DNA of 64,000 nt from the NCBI GenBank assembly GCA_013239625.1, contig MU056000.1, forward strand, positions 7,789,214-7,853,213, read 5' to 3'. This document shows, one piece after another, positions 1 through 11,076 of this stretch. Under the pieces are notes generated by a model. The model was not told where the DNA came from. It was given only the letters and a program-made list of their open reading frames with translations, and searched no databases. Position numbers and translations under genes: made by a program. Each line of letters opens with the position of its first letter. Positions within the stretch are counted from its first letter, which is position 1. This DNA comes from Lama guanicoe (taxonomy: Eukaryota).

Positions 1-340
1 GGTACCTGGTTCCTGCCTGTGATCTCACTGAGGGAAGATGCAATACCTACACACATAAAAGTGAAAGACAACGCAAGAATAACAATACACAATGGGAATC
101 TAAGATACATGAAAAGATTTCTTATCAAGTAGGTACTACCCTCCTCCTGAGTTCAAGGAGCAGCCTTCATCAGGAGGATCACCCTGAGCTGGGCTCTGAA
201 TGATGGGTGGGAGGTCAGTAGGTGCAGAGATGGAAGAGCCTGCCAGAGAGGGAGACAGCCTGGGCAAAGGTTTGTGAGTGGGGACCTTGGTGCAAAACCC
301 GGTCTGGCTGAAGAATTCATCAAGAAGAGTGGCGAGAGAT
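1..340 (-). mobile_element. Degenerate L2 LINE fragment
   Basis: L2-like antisense motifs (gcagccttcatcaggagg...tgagctgggctctgaatgatgg...cagcctgggcaaagg). Confidence 0.5.
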
Positions 341-741
341 AAGAGTTTGGTGACACCACCCAGGGTCTCTCCTGCCCAGTGTGTCTATGTGCTTTAAGTT
401 GTTTATTTTGTTAGAGTTTTTTGTTTGTTTGTTGGCAGAGAGGATAGGAATTTGGCAAAATAAATACCTGCCATCTTCATCGGGAGCTGTCAAGGGCTGA
501 AATGGATGGCATTTTGGTAAACTTATTAGAGCAATACAATATTGTTTGTTCTTTCCTCTGAAGCTAATTACTACCATTAAAAAAAAAAGAAAACCTTTCT
601 GAATGATGAAATAACACTTTACTCAGAAGGATAATTAACATTTTGGGAAGGTTGCAAAGAAATGTATGGATGTGCGTGAATCTGGACCCACTGCACCATG
701 TCGCCTAGAAGGACACGGAGATCCACCTGCAGGGCACTTAC

Positions 742-744
742 CAC
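742..744 (-). CDS. CTNND2: Candidate 3-nt microexon (GTG) of CTNND2
   Basis: Minus strand reads tgctctgtgtttgtctctgcgttcAG|GTG|GTAAGT, with a long pyrimidine-rich AG-free zone upstream. No transcript evidence available. Confidence 0.35.
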
Positions 745-1214
745 CTGAACGCAGAGACAAACACAGAGCAGCCCAGGTGGGAGAACAAAGAGAGGCAGAG
801 TCCGTGGCGTTTCTCTCGGTGCTACTGTCTGATCTTCATTAGAGCAGATGGGGTCGAGTAATTGCTGTTCAACAGCTTACTTGGACTTTTCCTTCACAAT
901 GTTGTCCAAGGATGACCCATCCCTTTATCACATTGGGGCAGCTGCCCCTCCCACCACCCCTAACTGAAAGAATGATCTAAGAAGAGCTGTAATATAAACT
1001 GGACCCTGGACCAGCAAGGGAAACAACTGGATTCCTTCTGAAATTCTGCGTGTCTGCATGCAGCTAGCAAACTGAAGCAGCAAAGTGAACTGGGTTTTTC
1101 TCACGATTTTCTTTTTTAAAACAAAGTCCTCCTCTTTAGTGTTTAATTTGCTTACTTACTGTTTTGCTGATTTGGAGTTCATTATAAGATGAGGAACAGG
1201 CTAGAAAAAAATTA

Positions 1215-2240
1215 ATTCAGTTATTCATTCAGCATTGAGTCCCCGGTGGGGATCAGATGTCGTTCCAGGTGCGTGATCTACATCAATAAACACACGAGAC
1301 GGGACTTCCTGCCCTTAATGGGTTGACATTCCAGTGCGTGGAGATGGACCAGAAACAAGATAAATAAGTAATATGTTATATATCAGAAGGTGATTAGTGC
1401 TATGGAGAACAATGAAGCAGAAAAGGAGGTAGAATTTTAAGAATGTCACCAGAAAAGGTTGAACTGAGAAAGTAACACTTGAGTAAAGAACTGAAGGTAG
1501 GGGAGAACTGACCATCTGGGCATCTGGAGGAAAAGGATTCCAGGCAGAGGGAGCAGCACATTCAAAGGCCCTGAGGCAGGATTGCGGCTCACGTCATAAA
1601 GGAACCGCAGTGACCCAGTGGCCACAGAAAACTTAATGCTGGTGAGAAAGGAGGTGAGGTTGGAGAGGGAATGGAGAGCTGGATCGTATAGCACCGTGTC
1701 TGCTATGCAAAGACTTAATTTTACACTGAGGAGTGACAAGAGATGTGCTGTTACTAAGGTTTCAACAGGACCACTCTGGCTGCTGCGTTGAGAGGAGATG
1801 ATAGGGAGTGAGGGTAGAAGCAGGGAGACTAGGGAAGGGCTATGGTCATAACCCACGTGAGAGATGACGGGGTTTGGGGGGACAAGGCAATGAAGATGAG
1901 AAGTGTCAGGTTCTGGGAAAATGCAGAAGGAAGACCAGATTCGTTGACGGTTTGGATAGGAGGGTGAAGAACTGCGGGAACGACGAAGTTCTTATCCCGG
2001 ACCACCGCAAGCACAAGTCGCCGTGGGGAAGACTGCGGAAGGACTGGGTCTGGGGGAGAAGATAAGGAACTCAGTTCCGGAGATGCCTGCTGGACGTCCA
2101 GTGGAGATGCTGGACAGACGGTCAGATGCAGAGATGTGGTACTCACAAGAGGTATCTACAGAAGCGTTTCCAGAATACAGATGATCATTAGCACCAGAAA
2201 ACCATATGAGGTCACCAAAGCTTTGACTGAGAGTTAACCA
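1215..2240 (-). mobile_element. L2 LINE (L2a-like) 3' portion
   Basis: Begins with ttcattca (reverse complement of the L2 tail), followed by ~1 kb of typical antisense L2 sequence (gaactgagaaagtaacacttgag, ttccaggcagagggagcagc, aaaggccctgaggcagga). Confidence 0.85.
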
Positions 2241-3679
2241 AAGAGAAAAGTCCAAGTTTAATTTTTTTTTCTTAATTCAAAGTCATTGCAGCCTTCTTTT
2301 CAATATACAAAGTTCTGGAGAGCATCTTCCTATAAAACATCACTACTTGGATATAATATTTAGAGCAAAAGAGTGAGCAAAGGTCACATTTCCTTCCTCC
2401 TGGATAGAATAGGCTAGTGTGGTTTTGCTCAATTCTGCTTTTCTCATTCAAGAAAAAAGTTATTGATTCTGTAAAGCCCATGACGTGGATATTTTCACTC
2501 CTGTTTTTAAACGGCTGGCTCCGTTTCCTGCCTGGTGACATTTGATAGTAAAGGCTTCATCTGGCATGGGCTCCAAACGTTCCTGTCCTGGAGGGAGCAC
2601 AAGATAACAGGCTTCCCAGAAAGAAGAGATGCCTGGAAGCCAGAAAAGCAATCAATAGTTCCCTATTTTGTTATATTTTAATCCACCAAGAGAAATAAAA
2701 CACACAAACGCACAACACCTAGCAGCTCGTGCCCAGGCAGCAGCCTGATTAGCTATTGATTTTTCCTCCATTTATCGTGAAGCCATAGGATTTTATGGGA
2801 AGCCCCAGCGCCCTGCTGTCTGAGTCAACTCTGCAAGGAAAAGGAAAGCGGACAGGGAGAGAGCTAATGGCCTAGTTTAAATATACAAAAATCCACTAAC
2901 AACATTTAAATTAAATTCAAACTAAGTATAAATGTAAAATTGTGAGTTTATTTCATGCCTCCTGACGTACTGCGAGGATCATTAAATGCACACAAATAAC
3001 TGCATTTATTAGACACAGGTTTGAAATCTGGTCCCTGTGAATAAATAAATGGCTTGGACACCTGCAAATGCTTCGGTTTTTACAGAAGGACAGGACGGGC
3101 GCTTTACAGAAGGACAGGAAAAGCGGCTGCGCCCCAGACCTCAGGGCTCGGTAGCCACGCTCAGGAATCGACCGCTATCGACGCGTGAAATCCGGCCCCA
3201 CGCCTGAGATTCCGACTGCCCCAGGAACGGAGTCTGCCTCTTTGCCCACTCGTCCCTGCCTTCTGCAGACCCCCCAGAGGCTGCAGAGCCTGACCCACTG
3301 AAGCGGGGTCCAGCTCCTGCTGCCTGACCTCGCTGACGTCCGTTACCTGCAGTCAAGCATGCCAGCCTCCGTGCGCACTGACCAGCCACCCTACTGGAAG
3401 CATCTCTTCCGTCCCAGCAGGACACTGGTCTGTGGGGAGGCCTGTGCCTCTCCCAGGGCAGGGCAGGTCCCTGTGGTTCATCGGTTCTCCAGGCATCAAT
3501 CAGCCTTGGCCTGGGTGGGCATCTTCCCCGCTACAGAGGAAGGAACCAGAAGGCTTCTCTGACCTGGGCTCCCACCATTCAGTCTGCACCGGGCATGTGA
3601 TGCCACTGGCTTGTTCCCAGGCCCCCTTTTGGAGGTGGGGGGTGGGGGTGCTACCTGCAAAAGGTGCTCCTTCCGCTTA

Positions 3680-4335
3680 GACGTTCTTCCCCACCAAACA
3701 GCCACATGGCCCATTTGCACCTCCTCCAAGTCTTTGCTCAAATGCCACCCTCCCAACGACTCCCATCGCGACCTTCACTTCTGACTTAAAACCGTAACAC
3801 CTTATGCTAAGTGAAGGAAGCCAGACACAACGGTTCACAAAGTATATGATTCCACTTGTATGAAATATCCAGAATAGGAAAGTCCATGGAACCAAAAGCA
3901 GACAGGTGGCTGCTGGGCGCTGGGGGAGGGGACAAGGGGGGTGACTACTTAATGGAGACAGGGCTTTCCTTAGGGTGAAATGTTCTGGAACTTGACATAG
4001 GTGATGGCTGTGCAACATTACAAAAATACTAAATGCCACCAAAACCGTATATTTAAAAATGGTTAATTTTATGTTATGTGAATTTCACCTCAATGGGAAA
4101 AATATCACAGCCTCCCCAGATACAGGCTGCCTGACCAGCTCATTTCCCCTACAGAACGTTTCCAACACACCAGGGGATCCACGTGTGTATTTTGCTGGTT
4201 GTACATCTCCCCTCTCCAGAGCGTGAACTCCACGAGGGCAAGGCCCCCTGTCTGCTCTGCTCACTGGTGTCATCTCTGGGCCCAGAACAGGCCTGGAACG
4301 AAGTAGGTCATAGACAAACATCTGTTCCATAAACA
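3680..4335 (+). mobile_element. L2 3' end interrupted by an L1MB insertion
   Basis: L2 motifs on both sides (tctttgctcaaatgccacc; ctccacgagggcaagg...cccagaacaggcctggaacgaagtagg) of the L1 fragment at ~3797-4102. Confidence 0.7.
3797..4102 (+). mobile_element. L1MB-type LINE-1 3' end
   Basis: atgctaagtgaaggaagccagacacaa...aatatccagaatagg...aaaaatggttaattttatgttatgtgaattt, the typical L1MB 3' UTR. Confidence 0.85.
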
Positions 4336-4678
4336 GACAACGCACGATCTCTTTAATGCTTCATCCCTAAAAGATCTTCCCTGTTTCTTGAATATCAAAC
4401 CAAAGGGAGATGATTCTTTAAGAAATAGGATTAAGGAGCCAGGATTGTCTAATCCAAAGTAAATTTTAAAACAGAGAGGGGAAGGAAAGTGGCACATAAT
4501 CCCGTTCGCAACGTGGAAAACAAACAAGCTGCCTGACGGGGACCTAGAGGATCAGGACGACGGTGCCCAGTGCTGAGCACGGTGCTCGTTTTTAATTTGC
4601 AAGGATTAGAAACGTCAACAAACATCGCATTTCCCTCTACATTTCTAAAAGATGAGTCAGCGCCTTGGATTCACGCTA

Positions 4679-5071
<393 letters not shown>

Positions 5072-5985
5072 TTATCAAGACCTCGTTGTCGGATGGGTTG
5101 AGTGGGTTAGACGTGTAATTAAACATTTTAACTTTATTTCTGCCTTCAACACAGGATAAAGGTTTCAGGGTTGATCGGTTAAGCGCATTTCATTTCTCTG
5201 ATGCCAGCATTCTCGGTCCACGCATTGGAAAGCCATTTGTGTGATGATTATAGTTGATACTTTAAGATACGGAGGTTTGGGACGGGAAGAACTGGTTACT
5301 CACAGTAAGAGGAATTTTTTTTAAAAATCCTGGAAAAAGTAGAAAACGATAAAAAGGTAGAATCTTGGTGATTTTTTAAAAAAGAGACTTGAATTTCGGG
5401 GGGCGGGGACAGTGATGAGTTGCCAAAAGTACTGTCGGTAAGTTGTTCGCTGAGGAGTTCAGAGGAAATGAGTCATAAAGTGGGAGGGGCGAGGAGATAA
5501 ATATGACATTGAAAATCAAGAGTGAAAAATTTTTAAAATTTGAAATGTATTATACATAGGGCCATCATTCAATGTCTGCTTTAGAAAGCAAGCAGTTTGG
5601 TTTGGGGCTGGCAGTTGCTGGCCTTGGGAGAACACACCTCACGCTTCCTGTGGAAATGGACCTGCGATACCAGGCTGAGAGCGCATCCGGGCTCATTTAC
5701 CGGGATGCAGGCAGGCTCAGATTTTCCAGGTGCTTGCACACACGCTTTACTCTCTGGTACAGTGCTCCAGGGAAGAGTGTGCACCATAACAGTCAACCAG
5801 TACGAGGGTCTGAGCTGTTGCAATTTCATGTATGATCTTAGAAAATTAAATTCATAACACGAGGTTCTGGATTCTGTGGCAGAGTCCTCCTGGGGACCAG
5901 CAAAGGTGTGTTGAGTCCCCACCCCTCCCCCCAAGTCCCTCCCCCCTTCCCCCATTGGGACAGGCACCCCAGAGCTGGCTCTCAC

Positions 5986-6060
5986 CTGTGGCAGGCAGGG
6001 AGCCCCCTCTGGCAGTGAACGTAGGGCATACGCCATGCCTGCCACATCCTCAGCCCAGCC
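5986..6060 (-). CDS. CTNND2: Catenin delta-2 alternative cassette exon, 75 nt / 25 aa
   Basis: Encodes GWAEDVAGMAYALRSLPEGAPCLPQ. Acceptor tttcgtgcAG, donor CAG|GTGAGA, phase 0/0, fitting between ...GSWK and WSVY.... Matches the 25-aa insert I recall from the long (mouse) delta-catenin isoform. Confidence 0.88.
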
Positions 6061-8084
6061 CTGCACGAAATATGAGATTAAGAAAACACACAACTTCATC
6101 CTGTCCTACGTTCGAAGTCACATTCACATAGTTTCACACCATCAGCTCACACCATATGCCTTTTCTCCTGCCCCCCACTCGGTGCCTTAAGCTCTACGAA
6201 GCCTGAGGGGGAGGGGAAGCAGAGGGAACTCATGAGAGCATCTCTTGACGGCAATGAATTATTTCACCGCCCCAATCTCAGGGAGCAAAGAAAGGGATGG
6301 TCAGAAAGTCTGAGACGTGGAAAGACCTCAAGGTTTGGAAGCTGCTTATTGAAATTCAGCTGTCTTGATGGGACACCATTTTCTGAGGGAGGTAGGGGCT
6401 TCAGGAAGACATTCAAAACCTCCGTCACATCCACTGGAAATTTCACTGGCAACCTGACATGCTGAGACAGGATTTTCATCTACCTCCTCCACTACTTGTG
6501 AACCTCTGGTCTCCAGTGCCCGGAAGAAACTAGACACCTGCGCTCCTGCAGCCCATTCATTGTCGGGGTTCTTCCCTAAATCTAAGGAGGGAAGCTAGAA
6601 AAAGAAGAAAGTGGAAATTGGAGCGTGGGGTCAACGTTCACATACTGTAAGAGGAACATCAATGATACATTCTCACACTGGGGAACATTCTGGACCTTTT
6701 GAGAGACCAGAGGGGATGTTCTTGGGAACTCGGACAGGCTGAAGCATGGGCCCAGAGATGACCTCCTTCCCGGAACCACCTCATCCCAGACCCCAGGTGC
6801 TGGCTTGTACAACAGTGATCTCTTCTAATTACCAAATTCCTGGGAAAGCAACATTATTATTCCTACTTTAAAGATGAGGAAGTCTAGACACAAAGGCGTT
6901 AAACCACCTGCCCACAGGTGTCACCTGTGCTCCTGGCCCCCAGTCCTCTGACCCTGTCTGCTTTCTGTGATGCTGACAAGATCTCCTCCTCTGCCATCAT
7001 CTCATTCTCTCTTGTCTCAACCTCTGTGCTCAGTCTCCCAGAAACTGCCTTGCCCTCCCCTGCATCCTTCCACACATGGACTGAGGAGAACCTGCCCGTG
7101 TCTGAAATGAACCAAGAAGAGTAGGCGTTCATGTAGGTTTTCCTCCTTACAAGCCTAGCTATTTTTACCCCTCCATGTTGGATGGAAAGATGATTTGGGG
7201 TTTGGAAAATGATGAGAATCCTTCTGTTTTGCTGAGAACTGATTTGAGAGTAACAAAAAATGGCTATGCATGGCCAAAAACGTGTAGGAGTTAAAGACAC
7301 ACCTTTCTGGTATGAGCGAATGGCCAACAGTGATGTGTTCTGCCTGAGTGGAAAGTGAAAACCAGATGATGGGTTTGATCTTCTGTTACTGATGCATCCA
7401 GAATAACCTTTATTTTGAAACTTCTAGCTGTGGGTGTTTGTGTGTGTATGGAAATCCCCAATATGAGCTCAGACATATGACAATTCAGAATAAATTATTT
7501 ACATTTCATTCAGAAGACGTGGCAAGTTTCCAATGTTTCCTTGACACGCAAGGATATACAATAGTGATGCTTTTCAAGCGGCAGCCGAGCAGTCTTGGAG
7601 TCGGCTTCATGTGACTCACACGTGAACCTGTGCGTAACCCAGCAACAAAGAGTAAAAAGCAGCACAGAGGCTGAAAGAGAGAAAAGCATGATCCAGACAA
7701 AGGTGTCTGGGAAATGGGGACTGTGTCCAGGTGCACTCAACACAGGAGCGCGAGGCTCACGTGGAGCTGTTCCCACAGAGACGTGAGTTGCCGTGGAGAC
7801 CACCGCACCCCCTGGGGAGATCAGCAAAGTCTATGAGTTGCCAAGAGTTCTGTAACTGAAACAAAAGTAGAAGTATTTCTGGCATAAAAGTAGATGAAGA
7901 AGAGAGAAAAGTGTACCTGAACTCATCATGCTTGAGGTGGAAATCTTTGGACACAACTTTGTGCAAATGGAATGACAGCACTGTGTACTGAGCCCACCAG
8001 CGAGGAGGGAAGGGACAAGCGGGTGTGGACCAGGATGGCTTTAAAAAGAAAGGTCCATGAGCTGAAGACAGGATGATTCATAAT

Positions 8085-8195
8085 TCAAAAGGAGGAGAAG
8101 GAAGAGAAGGAAGAGGAATGGGAGGGGTGGTGACAAAGAAGAGACCGAAGAGGAGGAAGAGGAGGAAGGGGAGGAGGAGGATCTGGTCCAGGAGG
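8085..8195. repeat. GA-rich (GAG/GAA) low-complexity tract
   Basis: Directly visible: ggaggagaaggaagagaagg...gaggaagaggaggaaggggaggaggagg. Confidence 0.85.
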
Positions 8196-8309
8196 AAACA
8201 GTACAGAAACATAACTCAAATTGTTCCTGGTGAGATGTTTTCCCAGTGATGACCTCAGGAGAGTTAAGAGACCTCAAAATAACCTCAGCTAAAATACACC
8301 TAACACTTC

Positions 8310-8515
8310 AAGCAAATGTCAGGTGCTGCTCTAATTTCACTATCTGTTCTAACTCATTTAGTCCGCGTCTCAATCCTATTGAGGGGCACTACTGTTACTC
8401 CCATTTTACAGATGAGAAAAGGGAGGTGCACTAAGGTTGCACAGCCTGTAGACGCTTAACCAGGCCTTGAACCCAGGGAGCAGTGTCTCAGAGTTGGTGT
8501 GGTCGGCCATTATTC
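8310..8515 (-). mobile_element. MIR SINE
   Basis: MIR core in antisense: ctcatttagtcc...cccattttacagatgagaaaa...ttgaacccagg. Confidence 0.8.
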
Positions 8516-9949
8516 TCATATGCCTCTCAGAAAGGCAGTGTAAGCTATGACAATCTCCACTCACAGTGGATCTAAGCCCTTACAAATTCACCAGTTCATC
8601 TTGGTATAACAATTCATGCGTTAGTCTTCCAGTAAGCCCTGGGGCACTCCTCTAGCCTCCTGAGTTAAAGACCTTTCTAGTTCTGGACGTTTCAATTTGG
8701 TCTCGAGAATAATTTGCCAGGATGTAGTAGACCTGAGGTAAGAAGTCTGGAACGGATGGCTTCTATTTGCATGTGACGAGGCAACAATTCAAAACGATAA
8801 ATCCTATTCCTTTTCCTCCTTGTCCATGGCTCTTCCTGGAGAGAGGCTCCACCACTTCCAAGGAAGGGATGTCAGGATGGGACAGATAAGGAAGCAACAG
8901 ACGTTCAGTGTTTAGGGCTGGGAGGTACAGACGCAGGTGAAAGGTGGGAGATACTTGAAAGGGGATGAGGACAGAAGACAATATGCCTCCTCCTCTGAGT
9001 CCACACAGAGCCTCCAAGCAGCGGACAGAAGCGATCCAGGCTGGAGAAGAAGCAGGAGATGTGTGAGCATGTGGGGGGCTGCCACCCGAAGCGCCCCTGC
9101 ACACGTCCTCCTCTGTGTGTGAAGGGATGGTGATAAAAATCCCCCTGGAAGATAGAAGAGCAGAGAGTTGACAGAAGCTCCACTGCCCTCCCTGGACACC
9201 AGCGCTGGCTGCGCAAGACTCAGAAGTGCCCCGCACCGTCATGGAGTGGGGGCCACACGGTGGGAAGTCATGGCAGCATGACTTGCTGGGCAGAAGAGGA
9301 TTCCTGTGGCCCCAGTGTGGCACGGGGCAGCCCCTGAGTGTTTCTGTGGTCTTGAGTGGGTGGGCTGTGTGAGTTAGCCAGGAAAAAGGCTGAGGACCCA
9401 GAGTGGCAGGAGGGTTCATTGGCCAGGTGGTTGGGACCCATCAGAATGGCGAGTGTGGATTGTGCCTGCCCAGGTTAAGGAGAGGATGTGGCTGTATCTC
9501 ACCAGAGCTCAATAGTGAGGAAGGCAGGTGTGGATCAGGAGAGCACCTTGGACCAGAAATGGTCCAATCATCAATTGCCCTATTCCAGATGGGAACCCAG
9601 TGGGATGAGGAGGCTTGTCCTGGGCAAGAGGCAGCAGAGGAAAGAAATGATTCCAGACAGAAGTGAACCCCCAGTCTCCATCCCCTGCAAGGATGTGCCT
9701 GTAAGACAGCCAAGTTTAATACCAACCACCAGGGGCAGGAGAAGATGATGGCTGACCAATATAAATGTGGCCAAGTTTTAAGCCTTGAGGGACTGGGAAA
9801 TAGCTGAATTTGTTTGAGTTCGCTGGAAAGTGTTTATGTGATTTTTTTTCTTCTTTTCCTTTTTTGCATCAGGCAAAACAAGGGCTCCAAGATGACTTTC
9901 AATAGAGGATATTTCTGGTTATGGATCTGCTCTGTTTTCTGCTTCCTGC

Positions 9950-10165
9950 TGGTGAGTGATGACTAGCTTTGGAAGTCACATCTTGAAGATGGCAGAACAG
10001 TTATTAGCCTGGGTGAATTAAGTTATGGAGGGGAGCTTCCTTCCTCACACACCTGATATAGTTATCTGCTGTATCAGAGGAAATAGCTTCTACCTCTCAT
10101 CTCCTTTGAGTCCTTGTGTATTTGGGGGTCTTTTTGTTATAGCAGCTAGCATTCCTCTAAATAAC
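9950..10165 (+). mobile_element. MaLR LTR fragment (MLT1J-like)
   Basis: gaagatggcagaac...agcctgggt...tttgggggtctttttgttatagcagctagc, a MaLR LTR 3' end. Confidence 0.6.
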
Positions 10166-10307
10166 GAGATATGTTAGTGCGTTAAAGTGAACTCTGATCA
10201 TTGACTCCCAGAAGGAAGGTTTTAGCTAGTGATCTTGGAAGTAGGCTCCCTCATCCCTAATCTCCTCCTTGTAAAAGTGCCCCCTGGGACACCTTTGTGC
10301 CTTGTGT

Positions 10308-10316
<9 letters not shown>

Positions 10317-10353
<37 letters not shown>
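10317..10353. repeat. (TA)n microsatellite running into an assembly gap
   Basis: At least 18 TA units, directly visible. Confidence 0.95.
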
Positions 10354-10366
10354 NNNNNNNNNNNNN
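10354..10366. other. Assembly gap (13 N)
   Basis: Run of N. Confidence 1.
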
Positions 10367-11076
10367 TTTTTTTTTTTTACTTTTTAGTTACATGTTTATT
10401 ACACTGGAAGGTACCTGAGGGAAGTTACCAACTCATATTCATCTCTATGTCAACTGTCTTCTAATTTCTGGCTCACAGCTGGAGATTAAAAACGCTTAAC
10501 TGGCGAAAGGAAATGTCAGGTTGGTTTCGAGTACCAAGTGCATATTATTTAAGAACAACGTTCGCCACTGAAAGGAACGATATATAAAGGATCAAAGCCA
10601 CTGCAATGAAAGATAGGGCCAGCAAATTCTAACCACTTCCACAAAAGTGCAGTCAGGGTCTGAAGTGGCCACACATTTCTTTGGTCATTTTTCCATAGCC
10701 AAACTCATCCCTTAATTCTGTGGTCCCTGTGTGTTGGGACAGAACCTTTGCGCAGGGCTTATGAGTATTTGCTCGTCTTCAGGGCTGGAAGAGCAGAATA
10801 CTGAGTGGCATGTCCTGGGCCACCATAGCTCTGATCATGTTGGGACAATTAAACTGAAGTTTCGATGTCAGAATTTCTCTGTGACCTACTGCTCAGGTAA
10901 TTAACCGTGCTAGTTTCCAGGCTAGCCCACGTCTTAAACTGGGCTCAGAAAGGACTTTTTTTTCTACAGATAGTTTTACAGCTGTTCTAGGTATCCTGAA
11001 GAGTATCCTGTAAAACAGGTTGTACCTGCTAGACACCAAAGCAAAGTCAACTTTATACATGATTGGGTCCAACAGG
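10367..11076 (-). pseudogene. Probable 5'-truncated processed retrocopy of an unidentified mRNA 3' UTR
   Basis: Minus strand has AATAAA (10400-10395), 16 nt, then poly(A) (10378-10367). About 700 nt with no recognisable repeat motifs. The other end abuts TTT|AA (11077-11081), an L1 endonuclease-type site. Confidence 0.55.

Noticed and set aside
935..948. Perfect 14-bp palindrome GGGGCAGCTGCCCC
   Set aside because: About four such palindromes are expected by chance in 64 kb.
881..976. Possible cassette exon ending at CAA|GTAAGC
   Set aside because: Candidate acceptors give 79 or 83 nt (frameshift) or 96 nt (in-frame stop), with no independent support.
5581..6099. 172-aa ORF as an independent gene
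   Set aside because: Only the 25 codons between the splice sites (5986-6060) are meaningful; the rest is intron read-through.
8763..9419. Longest ORF in the track (218 aa, minus strand)
   Set aside because: No recognisable domain, and a Ser/Pro/Leu-rich composition typical of chance ORFs in GC-rich intron.
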